From the IMG/VR virus record IMGVR_UViG_3300042465_000688, positions 1 through 26,120 of that record: DNA of 26,120 nt. One strand, written 5' to 3'. A program made the position numbers and the translations under genes. Shown here one piece after another: positions 7,287-15,297 of this stretch (its first letter is position 1; every line of letters begins with the position of its first letter). This DNA is from a virus. Taxonomy: Duplodnaviria > Caudoviricetes. The notes under the pieces were generated by a model. It was not told where the DNA came from. It was given only the letters and a program-made list of their open reading frames with translations, and searched no databases.

Positions 7287-7988
7287 TCAATATATCTTAT
7301 TGAGTATGAACATATCAGAATAGATACTATTATTTGCACTAGAGCTGGAGAATTTTGCTTGTATATCTAACAAGTTGCCAACAGTGGTGCTGAACGTAGT
7401 ATTGTTTATTACATTCCAAGCGAATCCCTCTTGTGTGCCTGATGCTGCTTTAAGTATGTGAAGCTGCGCAATCGTGACAATAGATGCCACACCAGCTGCA
7501 CCAATAGATCTGACAGTGAAGTTAACTGAAAGCATGAATACTTGATTAGTAATCTGTGGCAAAGTAAATGCTGGAGAATCAGCTAAAACTGTTGCATTAG
7601 ATTTCAATCTTATAGTGATTGTATTGTTATTCTGAGCACTTAATAAACCAGCCATTTCTACTCTGAATGAATCACCTACAGAAAACCCATTTGCTGGTAC
7701 TGTAAGAGATCCAACACCCCCATCTATCAATGTGCCAAATGATGTCCCAGTATGTGTTGAGCTGTTGCCAGTCTGAGCAAATAGGCCATAATTAGTAGCA
7801 GCTGTGATTGTTGGTTTATTCTTGATGAAGTCAAGTGCAGCATTATTTGATTGATTCCAATCTGATTGAATCTGAGCAGCTGGAATTGTAGGTTTATTCT
7901 TAATGAAATCAACCTCAGTATTATCTGACTGATTCCAATCTGATTGTACTTGAGCTGTACTTGTCACGTTTATATTTGTAGTTGCCAT
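7287..7988 (-). CDS. Virion fibre/appendage-like structural protein
   Basis: Two QSDWNQ...DFIKNKPTI repeats, then a beta-rich Gly/Ser/Thr domain. Confidence 0.6.
   Translation of the reverse strand: MATTNINVTSTAQVQSDWNQSDNTEVDFIKNKPTIPAAQIQSDWNQSNNAALDFIKNKPTITAATNYGLFAQTGNSSTHTGTSFGTLIDGGVGSLTVPANGFSVGDSFRVEMAGLLSAQNNNTITIRLKSNATVLADSPAFTLPQITNQVFMLSVNFTVRSIGAAGVASIVTIAQLHILKAASGTQEGFAWNVINNTTFSTTVGNLLDIQAKFSSSSANNSIYSDMFILNKIY
7800..7955 (-). repeat. Imperfect 78-bp tandem repeat x2 (26-aa QSDWNQ unit)
   Basis: AQVQSDWNQSDNTEVDFIKNKPTIPA / AQIQSDWNQSNNAALDFIKNKPTITA. Confidence 0.85.
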
Positions 7989-8575
7989 TAGCTTAGTGTT
8001 ATATTGATTGTATTATTTTCAGTTGTATTCTGTGTGAATGTATCCTCTAGCACTCCATTAACATATACATTATAAGTGGTTGTCAGATCACCACAATTGC
8101 CAGCTGGAGGATTGCCATTCTCAAAGTCATAGTCATCATATGGGATGGCACACCAATCTTCATTGTCAAATACTCTTAATGATACCAGCATTGTCCATCC
8201 AGCAACCATGTCTTGACCTTGATTGATGAATGGATCTGTTCCTATCTCAGCTGTCACATCTGAAAACTCAGTCCATCTGTACTGCTGTAGTGTAGTCTTG
8301 ATATCATTACAGATCAATAAGCAGTCTGAATGGACCTCATTGATTTGTCTGTAGTTAGAATGATTGTACTTGTCACAAATGGTGATCACAAAATTCACAT
8401 TCACATAGCCAGCACCCATCCCACTAGGCTGCAAAGTTGCCACCATCAGAGGATACTGTGCAGCATCTCTGCTTATGGCATCAAGGAAATCACCTTGAAA
8501 AAACTCATTTATTTGTCTGTGCTGTGTTGCGATCTCTTGCAGCTCCAGCATGATTTGATTTAGAGTCTTTTCCAT
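7988..8575 (-). CDS. Putative tail terminator / head-tail joining protein
   Basis: YPLM, DPF...VAGW motifs; size and position after the adaptor gene. Confidence 0.55.
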   Translation of the reverse strand: MEKTLNQIMLELQEIATQHRQINEFFQGDFLDAISRDAAQYPLMVATLQPSGMGAGYVNVNFVITICDKYNHSNYRQINEVHSDCLLICNDIKTTLQQYRWTEFSDVTAEIGTDPFINQGQDMVAGWTMLVSLRVFDNEDWCAIPYDDYDFENGNPPAGNCGDLTTTYNVYVNGVLEDTFTQNTTENNTINITLS

Positions 8576-8630
8576 TTAGGTAATTTTTTAATTTGTCAAT
8601 TTGTTTTTTGCTCGCAGTGAATTTTTTCAT
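8505..8630 (-). CDS. Possible small basic protein (41 aa)
   Basis: MKKFTASKKQIDKLKNYLNGK...; ATGA overlap with the upstream stop; bridges the intergenic gap. Confidence 0.4.
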   Translation of the reverse strand: MKKFTASKKQIDKLKNYLNGKDSKSNHAGAARDRNTAQTNK

Positions 8631-9142
8631 ACTATCCATCCAAAAGGTTTATATCCAGTCTGATCCTTAGTCATAGATTCATTGCATGAATTGTCATCAC
8701 AACATACCAAATACTCAGGATATTTGACACCATTGTCATCTTTCAAGAATCCTATCAATCTTTCTTTGTAAAAATACGCATCCTTTCTTAGCATATCTCT
8801 CAGGTGTACAGTTTCTGTATCTGTATTAGCTGTCATTGTCTCATCTGACTGGCGGCCCACAGCTTTATTAGTCAGCTTCTCATTCAGCATTGCAGCAGCT
8901 CTGAAGTCAACAAATGCTACCAGGCAAGGCACCACATAGTCATTCATCAGTGTCAGATAGTCTTGAGTCCATGTGCTTGTTTCAACCCTATGAAGCAATG
9001 CCTTGTACAAAGGTGTTCCAAGTGCTGGCTGTAAGTGCATATCTTGTGATCTCTTGATGCATACAGATAGGATCTTTGTATCTGTATTCATGTGGATCAA
9101 TCCTAACTTCTTGAGATTCTCAACAGAAAGTAAATAGTTCAT
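8627..9142 (-). CDS. Putative head-tail adaptor protein
   Basis: Follows the portal. QDMHLQPALGTPLY and KYPEY pattern typical of Bacteroidota phage connector proteins. Confidence 0.6.
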   Translation of the reverse strand: MNYLLSVENLKKLGLIHMNTDTKILSVCIKRSQDMHLQPALGTPLYKALLHRVETSTWTQDYLTLMNDYVVPCLVAFVDFRAAAMLNEKLTNKAVGRQSDETMTANTDTETVHLRDMLRKDAYFYKERLIGFLKDDNGVKYPEYLVCCDDNSCNESMTKDQTGYKPFGWIV

Positions 9143-9145
9143 GTC

Positions 9146-11110
9146 TTATTGTTTTTTAATAACTAATTGTTGTACCCAAATATGTCTGCAATATGGTGTA
9201 CTTACTTGAGTCTGAGGATTTGTATACCACCCACCTCTGTAGTTCCATACATTGCGATCTACTCTTGAGCTGATATTGTTGATTTCATCCCTTGTATAAA
9301 GTCTATTCAATGACAATAGTCTCAGGCAGAAGTCTCTTGATTTAGTCAATACCTTTGGTACACCTGGTCTTTCTTTGTAAGTGTATACCACCATGAATTG
9401 ATCAATAGGAGCTGGAGCTTCATCCAGCAATTGCTTTCCCAAGTCAGACACCTCCCCATCAACAAGTAATTCAAAGTTAATAAGTCTCTCAGTTGACTTG
9501 GCAATCTCTTCTACACTGGCACCAGTAGCTGTTGCAATAGATGATGCATCCTCACCAGCAATGAGCATTGATAGGATTGATTTCTCTAGTGCTGATATAG
9601 TAGCTTTGACCTCACCAATAGTTGCAAACATCATTTGTTCTTTGCTGAATACCTCATCAGATGGTGTATCCCATTCAATGATATTTGTCTTTAGCACCTT
9701 GTATTCAGATGAATCAACACCATATTCTGAAAATATTGTAATCTCATCAGCACTGAATTCATGCTTATGATCACAGCTTGATAGTGTAGTAGTAGGCAAT
9801 CCTACAATCTTGCGAGCTTGTGCCTCTCCAATTGTTGGGAATGATGCCAATACTATCTGCAATGCAGCATCAGGTGTCAATATTCCTGACTTAATACTAG
9901 CCGCCACCTCAACAAGTGATGCAATCTGTGCACCATTCAATGCTGATTTAGCCACATCCACTTGAGCAGCTTCTGTTGTTCCACTTGCATCTGTCACTGG
10001 TGTTGCTGTCACTGGTGCTGCTGCTACAATTGGCCGAACATCAACTAGCTTCAATGTTCCAATAGCACCTGATAGCTGTACCATGTAATTCATCAGCCAT
10101 TCAATCTGCTTCTGTCTTGAATTGATATAGGTATTCTTATAGATCTCAAACAAGTCATCTGTCTCAGCTGCGTTGAATGATCCGTTAGGAGCAATACCAA
10201 ACAAGGATGGTGCTACCACAGAATGGGCCACAAGAATATTCTGCTGCACTGACTTCTCAGTCATGGCATATCTCTCATGTAGGTTATTACCATTCAATGG
10301 CATCACTGTAGGAGCTTCATCTGCTCCATTGCTGAATGTGATGATGATCTCACCAGCATCCTCCACAGATTGTGTCCGGCCCTTGATTTGTTCTTTTATC
10401 TTTCTTTCCTCTTCAGATGTTTCCGGCTCCCCCGAAGCAAGATTTATAAGAGTCCCTGACTTGAAGGAATTTTGGATTTCATACATATTGAATTTCGATA
10501 TGTCAACATCTGTCTGAATGGCTGTAATACCACCATAGTAAGGAGGCTTAGGATAGATTCCTTTCTCACCTCTCGCTTGCTTAGATGGCTCCTTATAGTA
10601 CAGAATGAATGATCCAGTGCGATTGTTCTCATTCAGTGCTGGATAGCTTCTATAGTTTGTCTTTTCTGCTGATTGCTGCAAAGCTGACCAGTCATCAGAT
10701 ACATAGTAAAGTCTCTCATCCTCAGTAATTCTGATAAGATCAATATCCATGTGCTCCCATCTCACCACCTTAGTACCTTCTCTGTTCCATGTACCTATTA
10801 CAGCCATTGCACCAAACACCTCAAAATCAAAGGCCATTCTTTGAGCAATCTCATTCATGTCAAAGTCAGCAAATGGATTGGCAAGGAAAGCAGTCAGATC
10901 ACCTGATACTGCCTCAAGGCCACCTCCAGCAATGTAGTAGGTTTTATTCTTGATGATACCTTGATGCCAGGCACTACCTTGCAGAAGCTCAATAAGAAAG
11001 AAAGGATAGTCATTCTTTTTACCCCATTTCATAAAGCCTCTTTGAGAATCTTTCTCCTCTATTGGCAATTGATACTGCTTGCTGAATGACAAGCTGGTGA
11101 TCTTACTCAT
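9146..11110 (-). CDS. Portal protein with C-terminal extension
   Basis: WGKKNDYP, YPKPPY and ILVAHSVVAPSLFGI portal-like motifs. C-terminal SRDFC...CRHIW module. Confidence 0.8.
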   Translation of the reverse strand: MSKITSLSFSKQYQLPIEEKDSQRGFMKWGKKNDYPFFLIELLQGSAWHQGIIKNKTYYIAGGGLEAVSGDLTAFLANPFADFDMNEIAQRMAFDFEVFGAMAVIGTWNREGTKVVRWEHMDIDLIRITEDERLYYVSDDWSALQQSAEKTNYRSYPALNENNRTGSFILYYKEPSKQARGEKGIYPKPPYYGGITAIQTDVDISKFNMYEIQNSFKSGTLINLASGEPETSEEERKIKEQIKGRTQSVEDAGEIIITFSNGADEAPTVMPLNGNNLHERYAMTEKSVQQNILVAHSVVAPSLFGIAPNGSFNAAETDDLFEIYKNTYINSRQKQIEWLMNYMVQLSGAIGTLKLVDVRPIVAAAPVTATPVTDASGTTEAAQVDVAKSALNGAQIASLVEVAASIKSGILTPDAALQIVLASFPTIGEAQARKIVGLPTTTLSSCDHKHEFSADEITIFSEYGVDSSEYKVLKTNIIEWDTPSDEVFSKEQMMFATIGEVKATISALEKSILSMLIAGEDASSIATATGASVEEIAKSTERLINFELLVDGEVSDLGKQLLDEAPAPIDQFMVVYTYKERPGVPKVLTKSRDFCLRLLSLNRLYTRDEINNISSRVDRNVWNYRGGWYTNPQTQVSTPYCRHIWVQQLVIKKQ

Positions 11111-11471
11111 ATATGTTATTTAATATTGTTGTCGAAAATTCATTTGATGGTGAGTCAATCTCATACACATGTGCTCTGCCCTCTTCACATAGATTGTCAG
11201 CTAGATCAGGATCTAAGTTACTGCTTGATGTCTGCTCAAATATTCTGTATGTGTAAAAGCCAGCATATGGGAAAGTCACATCCACACCATCCTCAATCAC
11301 AAACTCATCAAATCTTGATGTGCTTGTACTGATGTTTGGCAGAATGCAAGTCACAGATTCAAAGCTCTGCTCATGCGTAAACTCAAGGAGCCAATAAGGG
11401 GCTGTCAGAGTCTGATATTCCGTTACTGTCACTATCAGTGTTGATGTCTGATATCTCTCGAGTCTTAACAT
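11103..11471 (-). CDS. Putative virion structural protein (head closure-like)
   Basis: GFYTYRIFEQTSSSNLDP...EEGRA, located between the tail tube and portal. Function inferred from synteny only. Confidence 0.45.
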   Translation of the reverse strand: MLRLERYQTSTLIVTVTEYQTLTAPYWLLEFTHEQSFESVTCILPNISTSTSRFDEFVIEDGVDVTFPYAGFYTYRIFEQTSSSNLDPDLADNLCEEGRAHVYEIDSPSNEFSTTILNNIYE

Positions 11472-11622
11472 TTATTATTTTTATTTTAGGCTCACTATTT
11501 ACAAAGATATGCAAAAGTCCTAGTTTAATATATAACTCCTCATTGCCCTCCTCAATCACAAAGTATCTATTCAATAGATTACTCTTGACTTTGGCTCCAA
11601 TAAATTTCTGATCTATTTTCAT
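11383..11622 (-). CDS. Hypothetical protein
   Basis: ATG just after the terminator. The 3' 89 nt overlap the next gene. Confidence 0.5.
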   Translation of the reverse strand: MKIDQKFIGAKVKSNLLNRYFVIEEGNEELYIKLGLLHIFVNSEPKIKIINVKTREISDINTDSDSNGISDSDSPLLAP

Positions 11623-11636
11623 GGCTCTAATTTAAT

Positions 11637-11670
11637 AAAAAAAGGGAAAGGAATACTCATCCTCTCCCTT
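11637..11670 (-). terminator. Intrinsic terminator after the tail tube gene
   Basis: AAGGGAGAGGA-loop-TCCTTTCCCTT followed by a T run. Confidence 0.8.
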
Positions 11671-11695
11671 CTAGTATTTGGTTTGATTAGGTAGA

Positions 11696-12229
11696 TTAAA
11701 CTACTGGAGACTGTTGAGTCAACAAAGTTGCTACAATACCAGCTGCTACATCAGGTACTTCATTGTTCTCAAGACCAGCCAAGACAATTGAATGTCCATT
11801 TCTGTCTGATTTGATAACACCTGAAGTGTATTCTGATCCATCATTGATTTGTATACCTTCATCAATTCCTAATGCTACATAAGTACCATCAGCTTTCTCA
11901 ACAATTGCTACCACTTCATTCTGTCCAAGTAAGTGGATCTCAGCACGAAGCTCCTTTGTATCTGATGCTAGGATCATGTTCAAAGATTGCTCATACCATA
12001 AAGTTCCATTCTCTTTGTTTACTCGGATAGGCGCAGTGTAGCTGGAAAGGTTAGATTTTAATTTGTACTGGAATACCTCACCAGTGACAGTCAACGTAGT
12101 AATCTCATTGCCAGTCAATGTTGGCCCAGTAGCTATTGCGGATAGCGGGAAGAAAATGACCGATTTTATTCCACCTTTACCATTGGTGCATGTACGATCA
12201 TTAAAGCCCGAAGTCATCAAACAGGACAT
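11696..12229 (-). CDS. Putative major tail (tube) protein
   Basis: 177 aa, N-terminal C...C..GGIK, ENGTLWYEQ, beta-rich. Follows the capsid gene and has its own terminator, consistent with high expression. Confidence 0.65.
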   Translation of the reverse strand: MSCLMTSGFNDRTCTNGKGGIKSVIFFPLSAIATGPTLTGNEITTLTVTGEVFQYKLKSNLSSYTAPIRVNKENGTLWYEQSLNMILASDTKELRAEIHLLGQNEVVAIVEKADGTYVALGIDEGIQINDGSEYTSGVIKSDRNGHSIVLAGLENNEVPDVAAGIVATLLTQQSPVV

Positions 12230-12249
12230 AAAAATTGATTTTAAAGTTT

Positions 12250-12276
12250 AAAAAAAGGGGAGAGCTAACCCTCCCC
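12250..12276 (-). terminator. Intrinsic terminator after the major capsid gene
   Basis: GGGGAGGG-TTAG-CTCTCCCC followed by T7. Confidence 0.85.
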
Positions 12277-12287
12277 GTATTTGTTAA

Positions 12288-13259
12288 TTAGTTAGGTGAT
12301 CCAGTTCCGTTCCAAACTCCGATTTGATCCAAGAATGGCACTTGTACACCAGCTCTGAATTTAGATCTGATATAGATAACGTCATCATCTTGAGAATACC
12401 AAAGATCGTAGTTATCAAAGTCAGAAGATAAATCAGTTCCGAATACAAAGTGAGATGCTTTCCCAGTGTAGATATTATCAAGACCATTAAGTCCTGGTAC
12501 CTTAACCACTCGCATATCTGTACCTGGTACTATGATCTCTTCCATTGTAGCAATTTGTGCTGGAGAATAGTGGAAGAAATTAAGGTCTACCAAGTTCTTC
12601 ATCAAATAGTTGAAGTTCTCACGGCCAGCGAAACATACGAAATCAGCAGCTTCAGCTACAGCTTCAGGTGTATTTGTAAAACACTCATAGAATACATCAT
12701 AAGCGTTAGATGCATCAATGCTTGCAGTTGCAGAAGTGTTAAGGTTTACAGCACCATTAGCAGTAGTCAAGAATTGACGGTATCCATTCATCCACTGAAG
12801 GTTGCCAGTACCGGTTGCTTTGTTACCTTTCCAAATCAATTTGTCTAACTCAAGTGCATGTAAGCTCAAAAGGTAGTTAGTGATTTGTGCTTCAAAAGGT
12901 AGTTCTTTGTCCTCAGCAGATGCACCTGGGCGCAATGCCAATTGAGTCCAAAATCCAGCCAAATCTTTTTGACAGAATCTCTTCATGTATCCAAGAGTCT
13001 CAACAGCAATTGCACGATCAGTGAATACTGTATCTCCAGCTGGTGTCATTTCACAATCTCCAGCTTGGTAAGTCAAAGTATCATCTAACAATTTGATCTC
13101 TTCAGATCCTTTGATACCTTCTTGAATTGTAATGTAACGTAAAGTCTTAGCTTCAGTTACTGATCTAGTGATTAGATCTTCTCTTTGCTCGTCTACATAT
13201 GCTGCCAAACCTGACACATCATAGTCGAATTTTTGCTTGATAAACTTTTTTAAGCTCAT
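12288..13259 (-). CDS. Major capsid protein
   Basis: 323 aa after protease and scaffold. FCQKDL, LIWKG, FGTDL..D and F.AGVQ motifs; strong terminator downstream. Confidence 0.85.
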   Translation of the reverse strand: MSLKKFIKQKFDYDVSGLAAYVDEQREDLITRSVTEAKTLRYITIQEGIKGSEEIKLLDDTLTYQAGDCEMTPAGDTVFTDRAIAVETLGYMKRFCQKDLAGFWTQLALRPGASAEDKELPFEAQITNYLLSLHALELDKLIWKGNKATGTGNLQWMNGYRQFLTTANGAVNLNTSATASIDASNAYDVFYECFTNTPEAVAEAADFVCFAGRENFNYLMKNLVDLNFFHYSPAQIATMEEIIVPGTDMRVVKVPGLNGLDNIYTGKASHFVFGTDLSSDFDNYDLWYSQDDDVIYIRSKFRAGVQVPFLDQIGVWNGTGSPN

Positions 13260-13267
13260 TTTCTTTG

Positions 13268-14005
13268 TTATTTAATTTGTGATTTAAGGAATAATTGACG
13301 TGATGTCAATGTGCTATTTACTCTCGCGAATTTCTCGCCTTCAGTAGTGCTGTTTGATGGCATTGCTTTGAATGATTCAAAATCATTTTTCATTGCTGCC
13401 ATCTCAGTGCGAAGTGTTTCATTATCTGAAGCAATAGTCTGCATCATTTCACCTATAGCTTCTACAGCTGTAGAGAATGATGACATCTTTGCATTCACAA
13501 TTGATTCTACTTGCTCAGCACTCATTGATTCTTCTTTCATTTCTTCTGCATTGATAGCTGCAATGACTGCTGTTGCAATGTCATAGGCTTGCCCCATTTC
13601 AATGTTCAGTGTTGCTGCGATAACCTCTGTAGCTCTCTCTAGTGCTGCTGGCATCTCTTCAGTATCAATAGCTTCAAACTCATCAGAGCTTGCTGCTTGT
13701 TCTGTTGCTCTCTCATCAATAACCTCTAACACTACACCATTGGCATCTGTTATGATCTTGATTCCAGTAAACTCACCACCTAATTCATGTGTGCCTTCAG
13801 GAGCTGGAATCTGCTCACCATCAGCAACAATAAATACAGTGGTACCTACTGCTAATTCACCCTCATATGATACAGCTGTACCATCTAGCAAAACTGCCTC
13901 ACCAAATGCTTGAGCTTCTGTTGTTTCAGTAGCTTCAGCAGATGTTGAAAACATTGCTTTCATGTCAGCAATTGCATCCATTACTTTTTTGAAGTTCTCG
14001 TTCAT
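13268..14005 (-). CDS. Capsid scaffolding protein
   Basis: Acidic, Ala/Glu rich, with PAPEGTHEL motif and C-terminal coiled coil; lies between protease and capsid. Confidence 0.7.
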   Translation of the reverse strand: MNENFKKVMDAIADMKAMFSTSAEATETTEAQAFGEAVLLDGTAVSYEGELAVGTTVFIVADGEQIPAPEGTHELGGEFTGIKIITDANGVVLEVIDERATEQAASSDEFEAIDTEEMPAALERATEVIAATLNIEMGQAYDIATAVIAAINAEEMKEESMSAEQVESIVNAKMSSFSTAVEAIGEMMQTIASDNETLRTEMAAMKNDFESFKAMPSNSTTEGEKFARVNSTLTSRQLFLKSQIK

Positions 14006-14012
14006 TTGTTTG

Positions 14013-14630
14013 TTATTTAATTATACTATGTTTAATTGTTCCACTTAGATCATTCAATGCCTTGAATATCTGTGCCATCATCTCTGATTCAATAGTGCGA
14101 TCTGTTGCTGTAATCTGAAAATATCCCTCAACACTAAAGCCAGTAAACTTGCCCTCCTTAGCTTTCTCCCATACATCCTTATCAGTTACCTTGTAGCTAA
14201 CAATCCAAGATCCATCATTTGCATCATGGAATCTCTCAGGAGCTGTGAATCCTTTGTCATTATCTATCTGATAGCTGTGGATCATGTAGATCCCATCAAC
14301 TACATTGGATGAATTGTGCTCAATGTTTACATTGTTGAAGTTGCCTCTCCTAGCATAGTCATGGATGATGTCCTTGATAGCAGCCTTTGTGAATACCACA
14401 TAATACTCCTCATTGCTATCCTGATCATATCTATAGATAGGTGTATCAGCAGAGATAGCCACACCGGTGATTACTTGCTCCTCATCATTGAATTGAAATT
14501 TCTTAGCTTGTGAGAATGTTTGAAAACTTATCTCATGCGCTGGATCTCTCACTAATGAATTAAATTCCACAGATGTCTCTGCTTCATTCAAATCAATTGA
14601 GATTTCATAAATAGGCAATTCCTTCATCAT
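14013..14630 (-). CDS. Prohead serine protease (XkdF-like)
   Basis: Start reassigned to MMKELPIYEI (ATG 14630). NIEH, GSW and GKFTGFSVEG motifs. Confidence 0.85.
   Translation of the reverse strand: MMKELPIYEISIDLNEAETSVEFNSLVRDPAHEISFQTFSQAKKFQFNDEEQVITGVAISADTPIYRYDQDSNEEYYVVFTKAAIKDIIHDYARRGNFNNVNIEHNSSNVVDGIYMIHSYQIDNDKGFTAPERFHDANDGSWIVSYKVTDKDVWEKAKEGKFTGFSVEGYFQITATDRTIESEMMAQIFKALNDLSGTIKHSIIK
14027..14042 (-). promoter_or_regulatory. GGAACAA-N5-CATA motif copy before scaffold/capsid
   Basis: GGAACAA-TTAAA-CATAGT, 21 nt before ATG 14005. Confidence 0.6.
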
Positions 14631-14639
14631 ATTAGATAA

Positions 14640-14655
14640 TATGTATTTTTGTTCC
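14640..14655 (-). promoter_or_regulatory. GGAACAA-N5-CATA motif copy before the protease, overlapping a plus-strand TATTTTTG box
   Basis: GGAACAA-AAATA-CATATT, 9 nt before ATG 14630. Plus-strand TAnnTTTG at 14644-14651. Confidence 0.6.
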
Positions 14656-15297
14656 ATGATTCTAGTATACCCACATAAGCAAGGCAAGGAAGGCAGCACA
14701 ATACAGCACTCCATAAACTGGGCCTTAAAGAGATATCCTAATGCAGAAGTCTACATCATTGGTGATCATGTCAGAGGATATAATAATCTAATACCTGATG
14801 CAAGGTCATCTGTCAGAGGATGTGACGTCACTCACAAGCTGTTGACATTTGCCAGGCACATTGGCGGCAAGTTCCTATACATGAATGATGATTTCTTTAT
14901 TGGTCCAAAGTTCAATGAGGATACAGTGCTATCAAATGGCAATCTGATGATCAATGATCTTCATGCACCCACATATCAGGAGGCTTGTCAAAATACTATG
15001 GATGTGCTCAAAGAAATGGGATGCACCACAATAAACTTTGAATGTCATCAGCCAGTTATGATGGATAGTCAGAAGCTGATTGAATTGTTTGACTCAATAT
15101 CTTGGGATGGCCACAATCACTTTGTGAAATCACTCTATCTTAATTACTACCAGGTACCACATTCACCTGGACAAAATCTCAAGCTAGGCAGTGACACAAA
15201 AAAGGCCCAACAATTGCTGGACCTCTATGGCTCATTCTCATGCTCAGATCAGTGGATGAGAGGGAACGCACAAGTTAAATTTCTTACCACACACTGA
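14656..15297 (+). CDS. Stealth-family-like sugar-phosphate transferase (only credible plus-strand gene)
   Basis: Likely start MILVYPH (ATG 14656). EVYIIGD, FLYMNDDFFI (Stealth CR2-like NDD) and ECHQPV (CR3-like HxP). Occupies a gap with no minus-strand gene. Confidence 0.62.
   Translation: MILVYPHKQGKEGSTIQHSINWALKRYPNAEVYIIGDHVRGYNNLIPDARSSVRGCDVTHKLLTFARHIGGKFLYMNDDFFIGPKFNEDTVLSNGNLMINDLHAPTYQEACQNTMDVLKEMGCTTINFECHQPVMMDSQKLIELFDSISWDGHNHFVKSLYLNYYQVPHSPGQNLKLGSDTKKAQQLLDLYGSFSCSDQWMRGNAQVKFLTTH

Noticed and set aside
9977-9983. Additional GGAACAA half-sites (near 9980, 3985, 18873)
   Set aside because: They lack CATA at the 5-nt spacing.
11502-11509. TATCTTTG box upstream of the 122-aa and portal genes
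   Set aside because: Lies inside a coding region and such 8-mers occur by chance in AT-rich DNA. There is no other support.
14631-14714. Track N-terminal extension of the protease (MECCIV...) and the MYFCS start of the plus-strand gene
   Set aside because: They would overlap head-to-head and cover the promoter motifs. ATG 14630 and ATG 14656 fit better.
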